Positions 1-7,394 are shown, counted from the first letter of the stretch. The stretch is DNA of 52,575 nt from Microbacteriaceae bacterium (GCA_023254555.1 JALRLI010000001.1:1-52575); one strand, 5' to 3'. A program made the numbers and translations. The notes: generated by a model not told the origin, from the sequence alone.

Positions 1-299
1 GTCGAGAACTTCTCAAATACTCGGATGGGGTCTTCGCTGCTCAAAACAGTGACCGCGCTCCCGAGCTGAATACGCTGAGTTTGTCCGGCAATTGCCGCCA
101 GAAGAATTTCGGGAGCAGAGATCGCGAAGTCATTGCGATGGTGTTCACCCAAACCGATGAAGTCTATTCCGAGTTGGTCGGCGAGTACGGCTTGATCAAC
201 TACATTGCGAAGTACCTGGGCGTCGCTGAGACGCTCACCATCGGCGCCAATTGTGACATCGCCGAAGGTGTCTAACCCTAATTCCACAGTGCTTGTCAT
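1..299 (-). CDS. LLM-class (luciferase-like) flavin-dependent oxidoreductase; N-terminal part only, the gene continues past the left edge
   Basis: Own reverse-strand translation from ATG (complement of 297-299): MTSTVELGLDTFGDVTIGADGERLSDAQVLRNVVDQAVLADQLGIDFIGLGEHHRNDFAISAPEILLAAIAGQTQRIQLGSAVTVLSSEDPIRVFEKFST... This is a typical luciferase-like monooxygenase N-terminus. It is absent from the ORF track because it runs off the window. Confidence 0.7.
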   Translation of the reverse strand, partial: MTSTVELGLDTFGDVTIGADGERLSDAQVLRNVVDQAVLADQLGIDFIGLGEHHRNDFAISAPEILLAAIAGQTQRIQLGSAVTVLSSEDPIRVFEKFS

Positions 300-368
300 C
301 GATCTTCCTTTCCACCAACGCCCAGCCTAATCTGAGCAAGTTGAGCGTGAGCTGTTAGGCTGACGGCG

Positions 369-1109
369 ATGATTTCAGATCCTGCAGCATTGGTCGCAGA
401 GCTCGGTGACCCTACTACGTCTGGGCAGCGGCTGACAGAAATCGCTGGCTCCTTTCCAGAGTACGGCCCGATGGTGGCCGAGCATCCGGCAGCGTCTGTT
501 GAGGTTCTGGCATATTTACTGAAACACGGAAACGAAGCCACGCGCAAAGCGGCAGCCCGGCGAAGAGCCCGAGATGTTGCCCTCATTGCCAGCGGTCAAG
601 CGCCCCGTACTGATACGACTGTCTCCACTGAAGTACTGCGCGAATCGGCGGGCCTCGATACTCCATCGGCACCCATTACGCAATCACTCGATAGTGCAGC
701 GGTGACCGGTGGATTTCGTAAAGCTCCACAGCTTGACGACGAAGTTGATCAGACAGTGATCTCAACACGTACAGCGCGCACGACTGCTTGGTCGCTTGTG
801 GTGAACGGCGAAGTGGCACACACAATTACCGCAACCGAAGTGTTGCTGGGTCGCAAGCCCCAGGCTCATCCGGGGTACCCCGCTGCTGAGCCACTGGCTA
901 TTGAAGACACAACAAAGACTGTTTCGAAAACTCACGCTCGACTCATTCTCAGAGGCGAATCATGGATGATCGTCGATCTAGGCTCCACGAACGGCGTCAT
1001 TGTTGTTGACGCTGGGAAAGAGCAAAAAATCGCTCCTGGAGCAGAAACTGAAGTTGTGGCGGATTTCTTCCTCGGTGACCTGAAGATCAGGCTCGAACCA
1101 AATGCGTAG
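369..1109 (+). CDS. FHA-domain protein
   Basis: C-terminal FHA signature (VLLGRKP...TVSKTHARLILRGESWMIVDLGSTNGVIVV). The N-terminal helical region and linker are low complexity. Confidence 0.8.
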   Translation: MISDPAALVAELGDPTTSGQRLTEIAGSFPEYGPMVAEHPAASVEVLAYLLKHGNEATRKAAARRRARDVALIASGQAPRTDTTVSTEVLRESAGLDTPSAPITQSLDSAAVTGGFRKAPQLDDEVDQTVISTRTARTTAWSLVVNGEVAHTITATEVLLGRKPQAHPGYPAAEPLAIEDTTKTVSKTHARLILRGESWMIVDLGSTNGVIVVDAGKEQKIAPGAETEVVADFFLGDLKIRLEPNA

Positions 1110-1119
1110 TCTCAGGCGC

Positions 1120-1287
1120 CTACTTCTTGCCGAAGATGCGGGCAAAAAATCCTGGCTCTGGGGGATCGTTTTCATGGCCCTTGCACCGTTCTGACTGAGG
1201 AACACCCTTCATAACCTGGTTGACGTGCTGTCCACACCCTGCCCAGGTAGTCTTTCCGCATTTGCGGCACGTTACTTGACGGCACAT
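1120..1287 (-). CDS. Unannotated small cysteine-rich protein (55 aa), paralog of the 4078-4194 ORF
   Basis: Own translation: MCRQVTCRKCGKTTWAGCGQHVNQVMKGVPQSERCKGHENDPPEPGFFARIFGKK. AGGAG Shine-Dalgarno (complement of 1293-1297) lies 5 nt before the ATG. It shares the motif MC-x4-C-x2-CGK-x-TW-x-GCGQH...ERC with the second mini-ORF, and an operator-like palindrome lies 56 nt upstream. Confidence 0.55.
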   Translation of the reverse strand: MCRQVTCRKCGKTTWAGCGQHVNQVMKGVPQSERCKGHENDPPEPGFFARIFGKK

Positions 1288-1342
1288 GAGTTCTCCTGAT
1301 GTTCAAAGGTAGAGGGTTCGTTCAGACACCAAGCTATCACAG

Positions 1343-1358
1343 ATACCCTAGGGGGTAT
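1343..1358 (-). promoter_or_regulatory. CsoR/RicR/RcnR-type operator-like palindrome (ATACCCCCTAGGGTAT on the minus strand) in the putative promoter of the 55-aa ORF
   Basis: G/C tract flanked by an ATA/TAT inverted repeat. On the minus strand: CTGACA (-35-like), 3 nt, palindrome, with its last TAT starting a weak -10 (TATCTG). The 4023-4038 site has the same layout. Confidence 0.45.
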
Positions 1359-1367
1359 ATCTGTCAG

Positions 1368-1691
1368 CTACTTTTTCGCGGCGACAAAACCGAGAACGAC
1401 CGCGAGCAGGCCGATGAGTACCGGAATCACCCAGAAAACCCCGATCGCAAGAAGCGCTGCAACTGCGCCGGCCGCCAAAAGCAGCTCGACAAAAGCTTGA
1501 CCGAAGCGGTCTACAGCGAGAACCGGCTTCGGTGACAGGAACAAAGCCCAAATCACGACAGTGAAAAGGAGCATCCCTAAACCAATGAGTGCACCAGGCA
1601 GCGGCAGTTCAAAAGCGAGGAACCCCCAAGTGGCAATGCTGAGAACGAGGAGGAGATGAACCAACGAACGAAGTGCAACGAGAATACCCAC
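1368..1691 (-). CDS. Small integral membrane protein, YrdB/DUF2568-like
   Basis: 107 aa with about 4 hydrophobic helices (LLLVLSIATWGFLAF..., LIGLGMLLFTVVIWALFLSPKP...). The family name is from memory of similar actinobacterial proteins. Confidence 0.65.
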   Translation of the reverse strand: MGILVALRSLVHLLLVLSIATWGFLAFELPLPGALIGLGMLLFTVVIWALFLSPKPVLAVDRFGQAFVELLLAAGAVAALLAIGVFWVIPVLIGLLAVVLGFVAAKK

Positions 1692-1730
1692 GGCACCAGT
1701 CTAGCCAGCGATTACGGTGTTACTATTCTG

Positions 1731-1800
1731 TTGTCGTGACTGGCGTAAAGATGGACACCATCAGGGAGCGACGCTCAAATCAAGGTCGATCGCCTGGGCC
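1731..1800 (+). promoter_or_regulatory. ZTP (pfl-motif) riboswitch aptamer in the glyA-folD leader
   Basis: P1 5' strand GUCG is directly followed by the conserved GACUGGCG. P2 hairpin is GAUGG-ACA-CCAUC, then AGGGAG plus P1 3' strand CGAC, a linker, and the 3' subdomain GGUCGAUCGCCUGGGCC. That subdomain carries the near-invariant CGCCUGGGC, whose CGCC can form the pseudoknot with GGCG. The location upstream of glyA/folD is a classic ZTP context. Confidence 0.7.
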
Positions 1801-1852
1801 GCAAGCAACTGCCGCTGTCTAGCGCAGCGGCGGCAAACCTAGGGAGAAAACA

Positions 1853-3133
1853 GTGTCAGATCAGTCAACATTTAACGCCCCGCTTGCTGAAGTAGACCCC
1901 GAAATTGCAGCGGTACTCACGAACGAACTGGGACGCCAGCGTGACTACCTCGAAATGATCGCGAGCGAAAACTTCGTTCCACGTGCAATTCTTGAGGCGC
2001 AGGGTTCGGTGCTGACGAATAAGTACGCAGAAGGCTACCCAGGTCGTCGCTACTATGGCGGATGCGAATTCGTAGACGTTGCCGAGTCGCTCGCTATTGA
2101 GCGCGCAAAAGCCCTCTTCGGTGCCAAATTTGCGAATGTGCAGCCCCACTCAGGCGCGAGCGCAAATGCCGCAGTGCTCTCTGCTATTGCCGAGCCCGGT
2201 GACACTATTCTCGGCCTAGAACTCTCCCACGGCGGACACCTCACGCACGGCATGAAACTTAACTTCTCGGGAAAGCTCTATAACGCAGTCGCATACGGCG
2301 TCGATCCAGAGTCCTTCTTGGTTGATATGGATGTCGTGCGAAAGGCCGCGCACGAGCACAAGCCAAAGGTGCTGATTGCTGGCTGGTCGGCGTATCCCCG
2401 CCAGCTCGATTTCGCTGAGTTCCGCAAGATTGCAGACGAGGTTGGCGCAAAGCTTTGGGTAGACATGGCCCACTTCTCGGGTCTTGTTGCAGCTGGACTT
2501 CACCCTTCGCCGGTTCCGTATGCTGACGTGGTTTCGTCAACAGTGCACAAGACGCTCGACGGCCCCCGCTCGGGCTTCATCCTTACGAACGATGAGGAGC
2601 TCGCCAAGAAGCTGAACTCGAACGTTTTTCCTGGCCATCAGGGTGGTCCGCTGATGCATGTGATTGCTGCGAAAGCGGTCGCCTTCAAGCTCGCGGCATC
2701 AGAAGATTTCAAAGATCGGCAGCAGCGCACGCTTCGCGGCGCAACGCTTCTTGCAGATAGACTCACGGCCGCAGACTCACGTGCCGGCGGAGTGGATGTT
2801 CTGACCGGAGGGACAGACGTTCACCTCGTGCTCGCCGATCTTCGTAACTCAGAGCTCGACGGTAAGCAGGCTGAAGACGCACTGCACAGAGTAGGCATCA
2901 CGGTCAACAGAAATTCAGTGCCGTTCGACCCGCGTCCGCCGATGGTGACCTCCGGTCTCCGAATCGGAACTCCAGCGCTCGCAACCCGTGGCTTCGGTGA
3001 CTCAGAGTTCACCGAGGTCGCTGATGTCATCGCACAAGCGCTCCTCCCTGGCGCTGATTTCGATTCACTGGCAGCAAGGGTGAAGAAACTCACCCTTGAC
3101 TTCCCGCTCTACCCCGGCCTTGAGCAGTGGTAG
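1853..3133 (+). CDS. glyA: Serine hydroxymethyltransferase
   Basis: 426 aa, full-length SHMT-like sequence ([35 protein letters not shown]; PLP-lysine motif [14 protein letters not shown]). GTG start with GGGAG SD 6 nt upstream. Confidence 0.97.
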   Translation: MSDQSTFNAPLAEVDPEIAAVLTNELGRQRDYLEMIASENFVPRAILEAQGSVLTNKYAEGYPGRRYYGGCEFVDVAESLAIERAKALFGAKFANVQPHSGASANAAVLSAIAEPGDTILGLELSHGGHLTHGMKLNFSGKLYNAVAYGVDPESFLVDMDVVRKAAHEHKPKVLIAGWSAYPRQLDFAEFRKIADEVGAKLWVDMAHFSGLVAAGLHPSPVPYADVVSSTVHKTLDGPRSGFILTNDEELAKKLNSNVFPGHQGGPLMHVIAAKAVAFKLAASEDFKDRQQRTLRGATLLADRLTAADSRAGGVDVLTGGTDVHLVLADLRNSELDGKQAEDALHRVGITVNRNSVPFDPRPPMVTSGLRIGTPALATRGFGDSEFTEVADVIAQALLPGADFDSLAARVKKLTLDFPLYPGLEQW

Positions 3134-4011
3134 CCGCTCTTCTCGACGGTAACGTTGCCGCGGCGCAAATTAAACGTGAACTGTCTGAGCGTGTGATAGC
3201 ACTTCGTGCGAGAGGTATTACCCCTGGGTTGGCTACGGTGCTCGTGGGTGAAGATCCGGGATCGCAGTGGTACGTAGGCGGTAAACACAAGGATTGCGCC
3301 GAGGTTGGCATCGCTTCAATCCGGCGGGATTTACCCGAAGCGACGACCCAGCAGGAGCTCGAGGACGTGATTCACGAGCTGAATGAAAATGCGAGTTGCA
3401 CCGGCTACATCGTGCAGTTGCCACTGCCGAAGCACATTGATACGGATCGAATTCTTGGGCTGATTGACCCCAAGAAGGATGCTGATGGCTTGCATCCGAC
3501 AAATCTTGGCTGGCTCGTACTCAACGCGAACAGCGAAATTACGACTCCACTGCCTTGCACACCTCGAGGCGTGATTGAGCTCGTCGAACGAAACGGGATC
3601 AGTTGGGATGGCAAACACGTTGTCGTGATTGGTCGGGGAGTGACAGTCGGTAGACCAATTGGGCCGTTGCTCACGAGGCGTGAGTATAATGCAACCGTTA
3701 CGCTCACACACACCGGCACCAAGAACCTACCTGAGCTGCTTCGTCAGGCTGATGTGATTGTCGCCGCCGCAGGCGTTGCCTCAATCGTGAAGCCCGAAGA
3801 TGTGAAGGCAGGAGCGGTAGTACTCGACGTTGGGGTTTCGCGTGCGACCGACCCAGCGACTGGCAAGAGTAAAGTCGTTGGCGATGTCGATCCAGCCGTT
3901 GCCGAAGTGGCCTCCTGGATTTCGCCCAACCCCGGTGGAGTTGGGCCGATGACGAGAGCGCTTCTTCTCAAAAACGTGGTCGAAATGGCCGAAAACCAAG
4001 CCGCAGAGTAG
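3127..4011 (+). CDS. folD: Bifunctional methylenetetrahydrofolate dehydrogenase / methenyl-THF cyclohydrolase
   Basis: 294 aa with FolD hallmarks ([12 protein letters not shown]..., [31 protein letters not shown]). Overlaps glyA by 7 nt. Confidence 0.95.
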   Translation: MVAALLDGNVAAAQIKRELSERVIALRARGITPGLATVLVGEDPGSQWYVGGKHKDCAEVGIASIRRDLPEATTQQELEDVIHELNENASCTGYIVQLPLPKHIDTDRILGLIDPKKDADGLHPTNLGWLVLNANSEITTPLPCTPRGVIELVERNGISWDGKHVVVIGRGVTVGRPIGPLLTRREYNATVTLTHTGTKNLPELLRQADVIVAAAGVASIVKPEDVKAGAVVLDVGVSRATDPATGKSKVVGDVDPAVAEVASWISPNPGGVGPMTRALLLKNVVEMAENQAAE

Positions 4012-4022
4012 TTGCACTATAT

Positions 4023-4038
4023 ATACCCCTGGGGGTAT
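4023..4038 (+). promoter_or_regulatory. CsoR/RicR/RcnR-type operator-like palindrome (ATACCCCTGGGGGTAT) inside a sigma-70-like promoter
   Basis: 14 of 16 positions are palindromic. TTGCAC (4012-4017, -35), an 18-nt spacer containing the palindrome, then TATAGT (4036-4041, -10) whose TAT is the end of the palindrome. Confidence 0.5.
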
Positions 4039-4077
4039 AGTGTGGTTAGAATTTATTCACCAAACTAAGGAACAAAT

Positions 4078-4194
4078 ATGTGTTACGCAGTTCAATGCCC
4101 TAAGTGTGGAAAAGCAACCTGGGATGGTTGCGGTCAACACATTGAAGAAGCGCTTGCACCATACGCTGAAGAACAGCGTTGCAACTGCCGATAA
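4078..4194 (+). CDS. Unannotated small cysteine-rich protein (38 aa), paralog of the 1120-1287 ORF
   Basis: Own translation: MCYAVQCPKCGKATWDGCGQHIEEALAPYAEEQRCNCR. AAGGA SD lies 6 nt before the ATG, with a promoter plus operator upstream and a strong terminator downstream. The 146-aa track ORF 4040-4480 in another frame is rejected. Confidence 0.55.
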   Translation: MCYAVQCPKCGKATWDGCGQHIEEALAPYAEEQRCNCR

Positions 4195-4205
4195 AAACCT
4201 CAACG

Positions 4206-4240
4206 AAAAACGCTCAGACATCTCCCGTCTGAGCGTTTTT
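4206..4240. terminator. Bidirectional intrinsic terminator
   Basis: AAAAACGCTCAGAC - ATCTCCC - GTCTGAGCGTTTTT: a perfect 14-nt arm pairing that includes the A-tract and T-tract. It sits between the convergent mini-ORF (+) and ferredoxin gene (-). Confidence 0.75.
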
Positions 4241-4258
4241 CGTTCTTACATCCGCGCG

Positions 4259-4471
4259 TCAAGCGGGGCTTTCACGCTCGATGATGAGCAACGCTTTCTT
4301 CGGACACGCGCGCAACGCTTTTTTCGCCTGTTTCTTTGTGTTGTCGGTGAGCGGTGCAGATTCGATGATTGGGAATCCCCAGACATCCATCTGAATCAGG
4401 TCGGGCGCCTTGATTGCGCATATTCCGACGCCGTCGCATTTCGTGGGGTCAATAAGAAGGTGTTTGTTCAT
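4259..4471 (-). CDS. Small single-cluster ferredoxin, 3Fe-4S-type signature
   Basis: 70 aa with KCDGVGIC...ACP, i.e. C-x2-V-x2-C...CP (the middle Cys of CxxCxxC is replaced by Val). 4-nt overlap with the upstream gene. Confidence 0.75.
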   Translation of the reverse strand: MNKHLLIDPTKCDGVGICAIKAPDLIQMDVWGFPIIESAPLTDNTKKQAKKALRACPKKALLIIERESPA

Positions 4472-5730
4472 ACAGCATGAATTTCTGATTCGGTCGGAAA
4501 GAAAGGCTGAGTGGACGACGCACTACATTTGTTTTTTCGATGCAGCGAAATCTCAGACGCAAAAACCTCGAGGGCGGTGTTTGTCATCCGAACGACTCCG
4601 TCAGGATGTGAACACGCTCCTCGCTTCATGAGCTGGGGTAATCGGTCATTAAGGCGGTCTAACGCGCCTATGACCTTTCGACCCCCGGCCGCAAGTGCTT
4701 GAATATCTTCTGCCAGCCACTGTAAACCGAAAATGCACGGGCCACACTGTTGTGCAGACTGACTCGCCATCCACTCAACGATCCTTGACGTTTCGATGAG
4801 TCCACAGTGAGAATTTGGCAGGGGCGCAACAATGCCAGCACCTAGCGAGAGTCCCTGTCCGGCTAGGCTCGCTTCATGCACCCTACTGTGTGCGATGTCT
4901 TGCCAATTCACCCACTGGCCACCGTACCCGCCGAGTAACACGTGTTCTGCCGGATCGGAGGGTTCGAGCAATTCAGCAAACGTAGTGTCAGAACTCACCT
5001 CGCGCACGTATCTCCCATTCAGAGTGAGAAGCGTGACCAAGGTCGACTCGAGAGGCGCCCAGTTGAGGCTAGATGCCAGCAGTCCGATATGAGCCAAGGT
5101 TTCGGAGTTGAAGACCAAAACCGGGGCATTGCCTTCACCCCACGCCCGCGATTTTGTGGGGAAGAACTTCGGAACTGCTGACCCGCCCTGCACTGCGTTA
5201 ATAATTGCTGACGCCTCACCTGAGACGTATCGGTGCGGCGCTAAATACGCCCGTAAAGGGAGCCGATCTATTTCTGCAGCAGCTCGCTCTTTGAACGCTC
5301 CGGCCATAGAGGATCGGGTTGAGTAGGAATCTTCGTGCACCCAGACTCCAAGCGATTTCGCTTGTGTCAGAGCACCCACGGCTGCCAACCCGCGTAGCAC
5401 CAGGTGGGGATTGGTCTGCCAGAGAGCGGCATCCTTCGCAGCGGAAGGTTCGCCTTCGGCGGCATTTGCGATGACCGTTCCACCCGCACCAGCCAAAATT
5501 GCTGAACGAATTTTGACCGCTGATGGAAAGTGAGCCCCACCTCTACCGTGAACGCCCGCTTGTTCAATCCTCGAGAGCAGGGCCTCCAGATCAGCGTTAT
5601 TTTCGAGAGGTATGGATGAGCCGAATCGAGCCTCAAATTCAGTGAGATCAAAGCGCCGCGATCCCGTCGGAAAGAGTGAATTTCCAACGTCATACCTAAT
5701 CTCGTTTGCTGGCAGCAGGGTGAGAGTCAA
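4468..5730 (-). CDS. NuoF-like NAD(P)H-binding FMN / iron-sulfur protein
   Basis: 420 aa. GRGGAHFP (NuoF has GRGGAGFP), VIANAAEGEPSAAKDAALWQTNPH (NuoF has NADEGEPGTFKD), and a C-terminal NuoF-type Fe-S region with an altered motif QSAQQCGPCIFG...GACSHPDG. Confidence 0.8.
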   Translation of the reverse strand: MTLTLLPANEIRYDVGNSLFPTGSRRFDLTEFEARFGSSIPLENNADLEALLSRIEQAGVHGRGGAHFPSAVKIRSAILAGAGGTVIANAAEGEPSAAKDAALWQTNPHLVLRGLAAVGALTQAKSLGVWVHEDSYSTRSSMAGAFKERAAAEIDRLPLRAYLAPHRYVSGEASAIINAVQGGSAVPKFFPTKSRAWGEGNAPVLVFNSETLAHIGLLASSLNWAPLESTLVTLLTLNGRYVREVSSDTTFAELLEPSDPAEHVLLGGYGGQWVNWQDIAHSRVHEASLAGQGLSLGAGIVAPLPNSHCGLIETSRIVEWMASQSAQQCGPCIFGLQWLAEDIQALAAGGRKVIGALDRLNDRLPQLMKRGACSHPDGVVRMTNTALEVFASEISLHRKNKCSASSTQPFFPTESEIHAV

Positions 5731-6440
5731 CGCGATTCCTCAATGATTCGAGGCTTGGTGTCACGAACGTACTCTTTGCGTTTGCGCCTGATCGAAGGTT
5801 TTCGGTAGCGCCAGATGGCCAAAATGAACACGAAAACTCCAGCGATCACGTAACCGAAGAATAGTGCGTCGGTGTCAGAGCCTGTCAGCATGCCATGGCC
5901 AAATGCCATAACGAAGAACAAAAGAGATATTCGATGGAGCCAGAGCCAGCTTCTTCTGAAGATTGCGCTGTTTGCAAGAGACGCAGTTACAGCGACAAGG
6001 AGCATCCCATAAAAAGAGAGCACTCCGAAGGTGACCGGGATTCGCTCCCAATTTGATGCCATCGGAATCAGTGCGCCCGCCCATCCCACATCAACAAACT
6101 GGTCTAGTGCGAGTGAAACCAGGTGCACGATTGTGATCAGAATGGCGAACACAGAAAAACCAATGTGAAGCCGAAGCCGGGTGACAAACTGCATCCAGGT
6201 CCAGCCATGGCTGTTTGGATGGGACACTAAGAGGCCGAGCACGGATGCAGCCCAAAGCATGATCAACGCCGTTATTCCTGATGAGCGGCCAAGAATCCAA
6301 ACAAAGGTGTCTGCCTGAGAGGCTTGAGCGACACTGAGCGCTACGAGGATGACGGATGTGGCAAAGACGAGACCCAGGAGTAACGAAGAGACCACTGCTC
6401 GGGTGCTCACAGCCTGATCAGTGTTCATGGTTTCATCCAA
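5727..6440 (-). CDS. Stand-alone ferric-reductase-domain (FRD, NOX/FRE-type) di-heme membrane protein
   Basis: 237 aa, about 6 TM helices. LHIGFSVFAILITIVH (H-x13-H) and LHRISLLFFVMAFGH (H-x12-H) match the canonical bis-heme histidine spacing of the NOX/FRE family. There is no fused FAD/NAD domain. Confidence 0.8.
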   Translation of the reverse strand: MDETMNTDQAVSTRAVVSSLLLGLVFATSVILVALSVAQASQADTFVWILGRSSGITALIMLWAASVLGLLVSHPNSHGWTWMQFVTRLRLHIGFSVFAILITIVHLVSLALDQFVDVGWAGALIPMASNWERIPVTFGVLSFYGMLLVAVTASLANSAIFRRSWLWLHRISLLFFVMAFGHGMLTGSDTDALFFGYVIAGVFVFILAIWRYRKPSIRRKRKEYVRDTKPRIIEESR

Positions 6441-7390
6441 ATAAGGTGTTGCTTCATCGAGTCGCTGTAGCCGATTTCACCCTGGGTTGTGACCCAGAGG
6501 GCTGCAATTTGATCGCCATTGCATGTTTCGAGTATTGATGACTCGCCCTCGATGAACAGCGTTTTGGTCAGCGTTTCAGCGACATTGGTGTTCTTGTGCA
6601 CCACTGTCACGGCAGCAAGTCCTGAGTTTGCTGGTCTACCCGTCTTGGGGTTGACGAGGTGGTGGACATCATCCCCATGTTGTGTTTTCCACCTGCGTTT
6701 ACGAACGCTCGAAGTAGCCAGTCCGGTATCCGAAATTTCTAATACTGCTAAAGGGTCGGCTTCGGAACTGTCGAAGGGATTTTCGACCCCAATTCGCCAA
6801 GCTGTCCCTTCCGGGCTATGGCCCCAGGCCTGGAGGTCGCCGCCAGCATTCACAAACCCCGAGGGAGCCGATTCACGAAGCGAGGCGCTCAGCAGGTCGA
6901 CGGCAAGACCTTTCCCAATGCCTCCAAGATCAATAGGTGCGCCAGAAAGATTGATTTTGTAGCTTGATCCGACGTGCTCGAATTGGGGGCGCCAAGATTC
7001 CATTTCGGTGTGGGTGCTTGGCAGGCTGCCACGCGGCGAGGAGCCTGTCTCGAATGAATCCGCGTAGCCGATTTCTTTGAGCGTGCTGATTACCCTCGGG
7101 TCGAAAAGGCCGTTTGAGCGCTCGAACGCATCTGCCGCAACCTTCACTGCTTCGAAAAGTAGCGCTGGAACTTCTACGCTCTCATTCGGTGAGTTATTGA
7201 GTTGAGCGAGGGGATTATCAGGGATAAACCTCGAGCAGGTTTGCTCGAACTCAGCCAGAAATGGCTCGACTGTTTCATTCACAATCTTCTCGAACTCCGT
7301 TGCAGAAACCGATAACGAAATCTCGACGTCAGAGTTCATACTCCGAATGAGCCCCGAACTGTAGGTCAGGGCTGACTTACTCTCAGACAT
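6425..7390 (-). CDS. apbE: FAD:protein FMN transferase (ApbE family), no recognisable signal peptide
   Basis: 321 aa with ApbE-like layout (SRFIPDNPLAQLN, GLFDPRV, PIDLGGIGKGLAVD, VNAGGDL). The N-terminus starts directly in the catalytic domain. There is no upstream in-frame start before the next stop. Confidence 0.85.
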   Translation of the reverse strand: MSESKSALTYSSGLIRSMNSDVEISLSVSATEFEKIVNETVEPFLAEFEQTCSRFIPDNPLAQLNNSPNESVEVPALLFEAVKVAADAFERSNGLFDPRVISTLKEIGYADSFETGSSPRGSLPSTHTEMESWRPQFEHVGSSYKINLSGAPIDLGGIGKGLAVDLLSASLRESAPSGFVNAGGDLQAWGHSPEGTAWRIGVENPFDSSEADPLAVLEISDTGLATSSVRKRRWKTQHGDDVHHLVNPKTGRPANSGLAAVTVVHKNTNVAETLTKTLFIEGESSILETCNGDQIAALWVTTQGEIGYSDSMKQHLIWMKP

Positions 7391-7394
7391 TGGC

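Noticed and set aside
4040-4480. 146-aa plus-strand ORF from the track
   Set aside because: It reads through a perfect intrinsic terminator and then runs antisense to the ferredoxin gene. Its composition is non-protein-like. The region is better explained by the 38-aa ORF (4078-4194), the terminator and the minus-strand ferredoxin gene.
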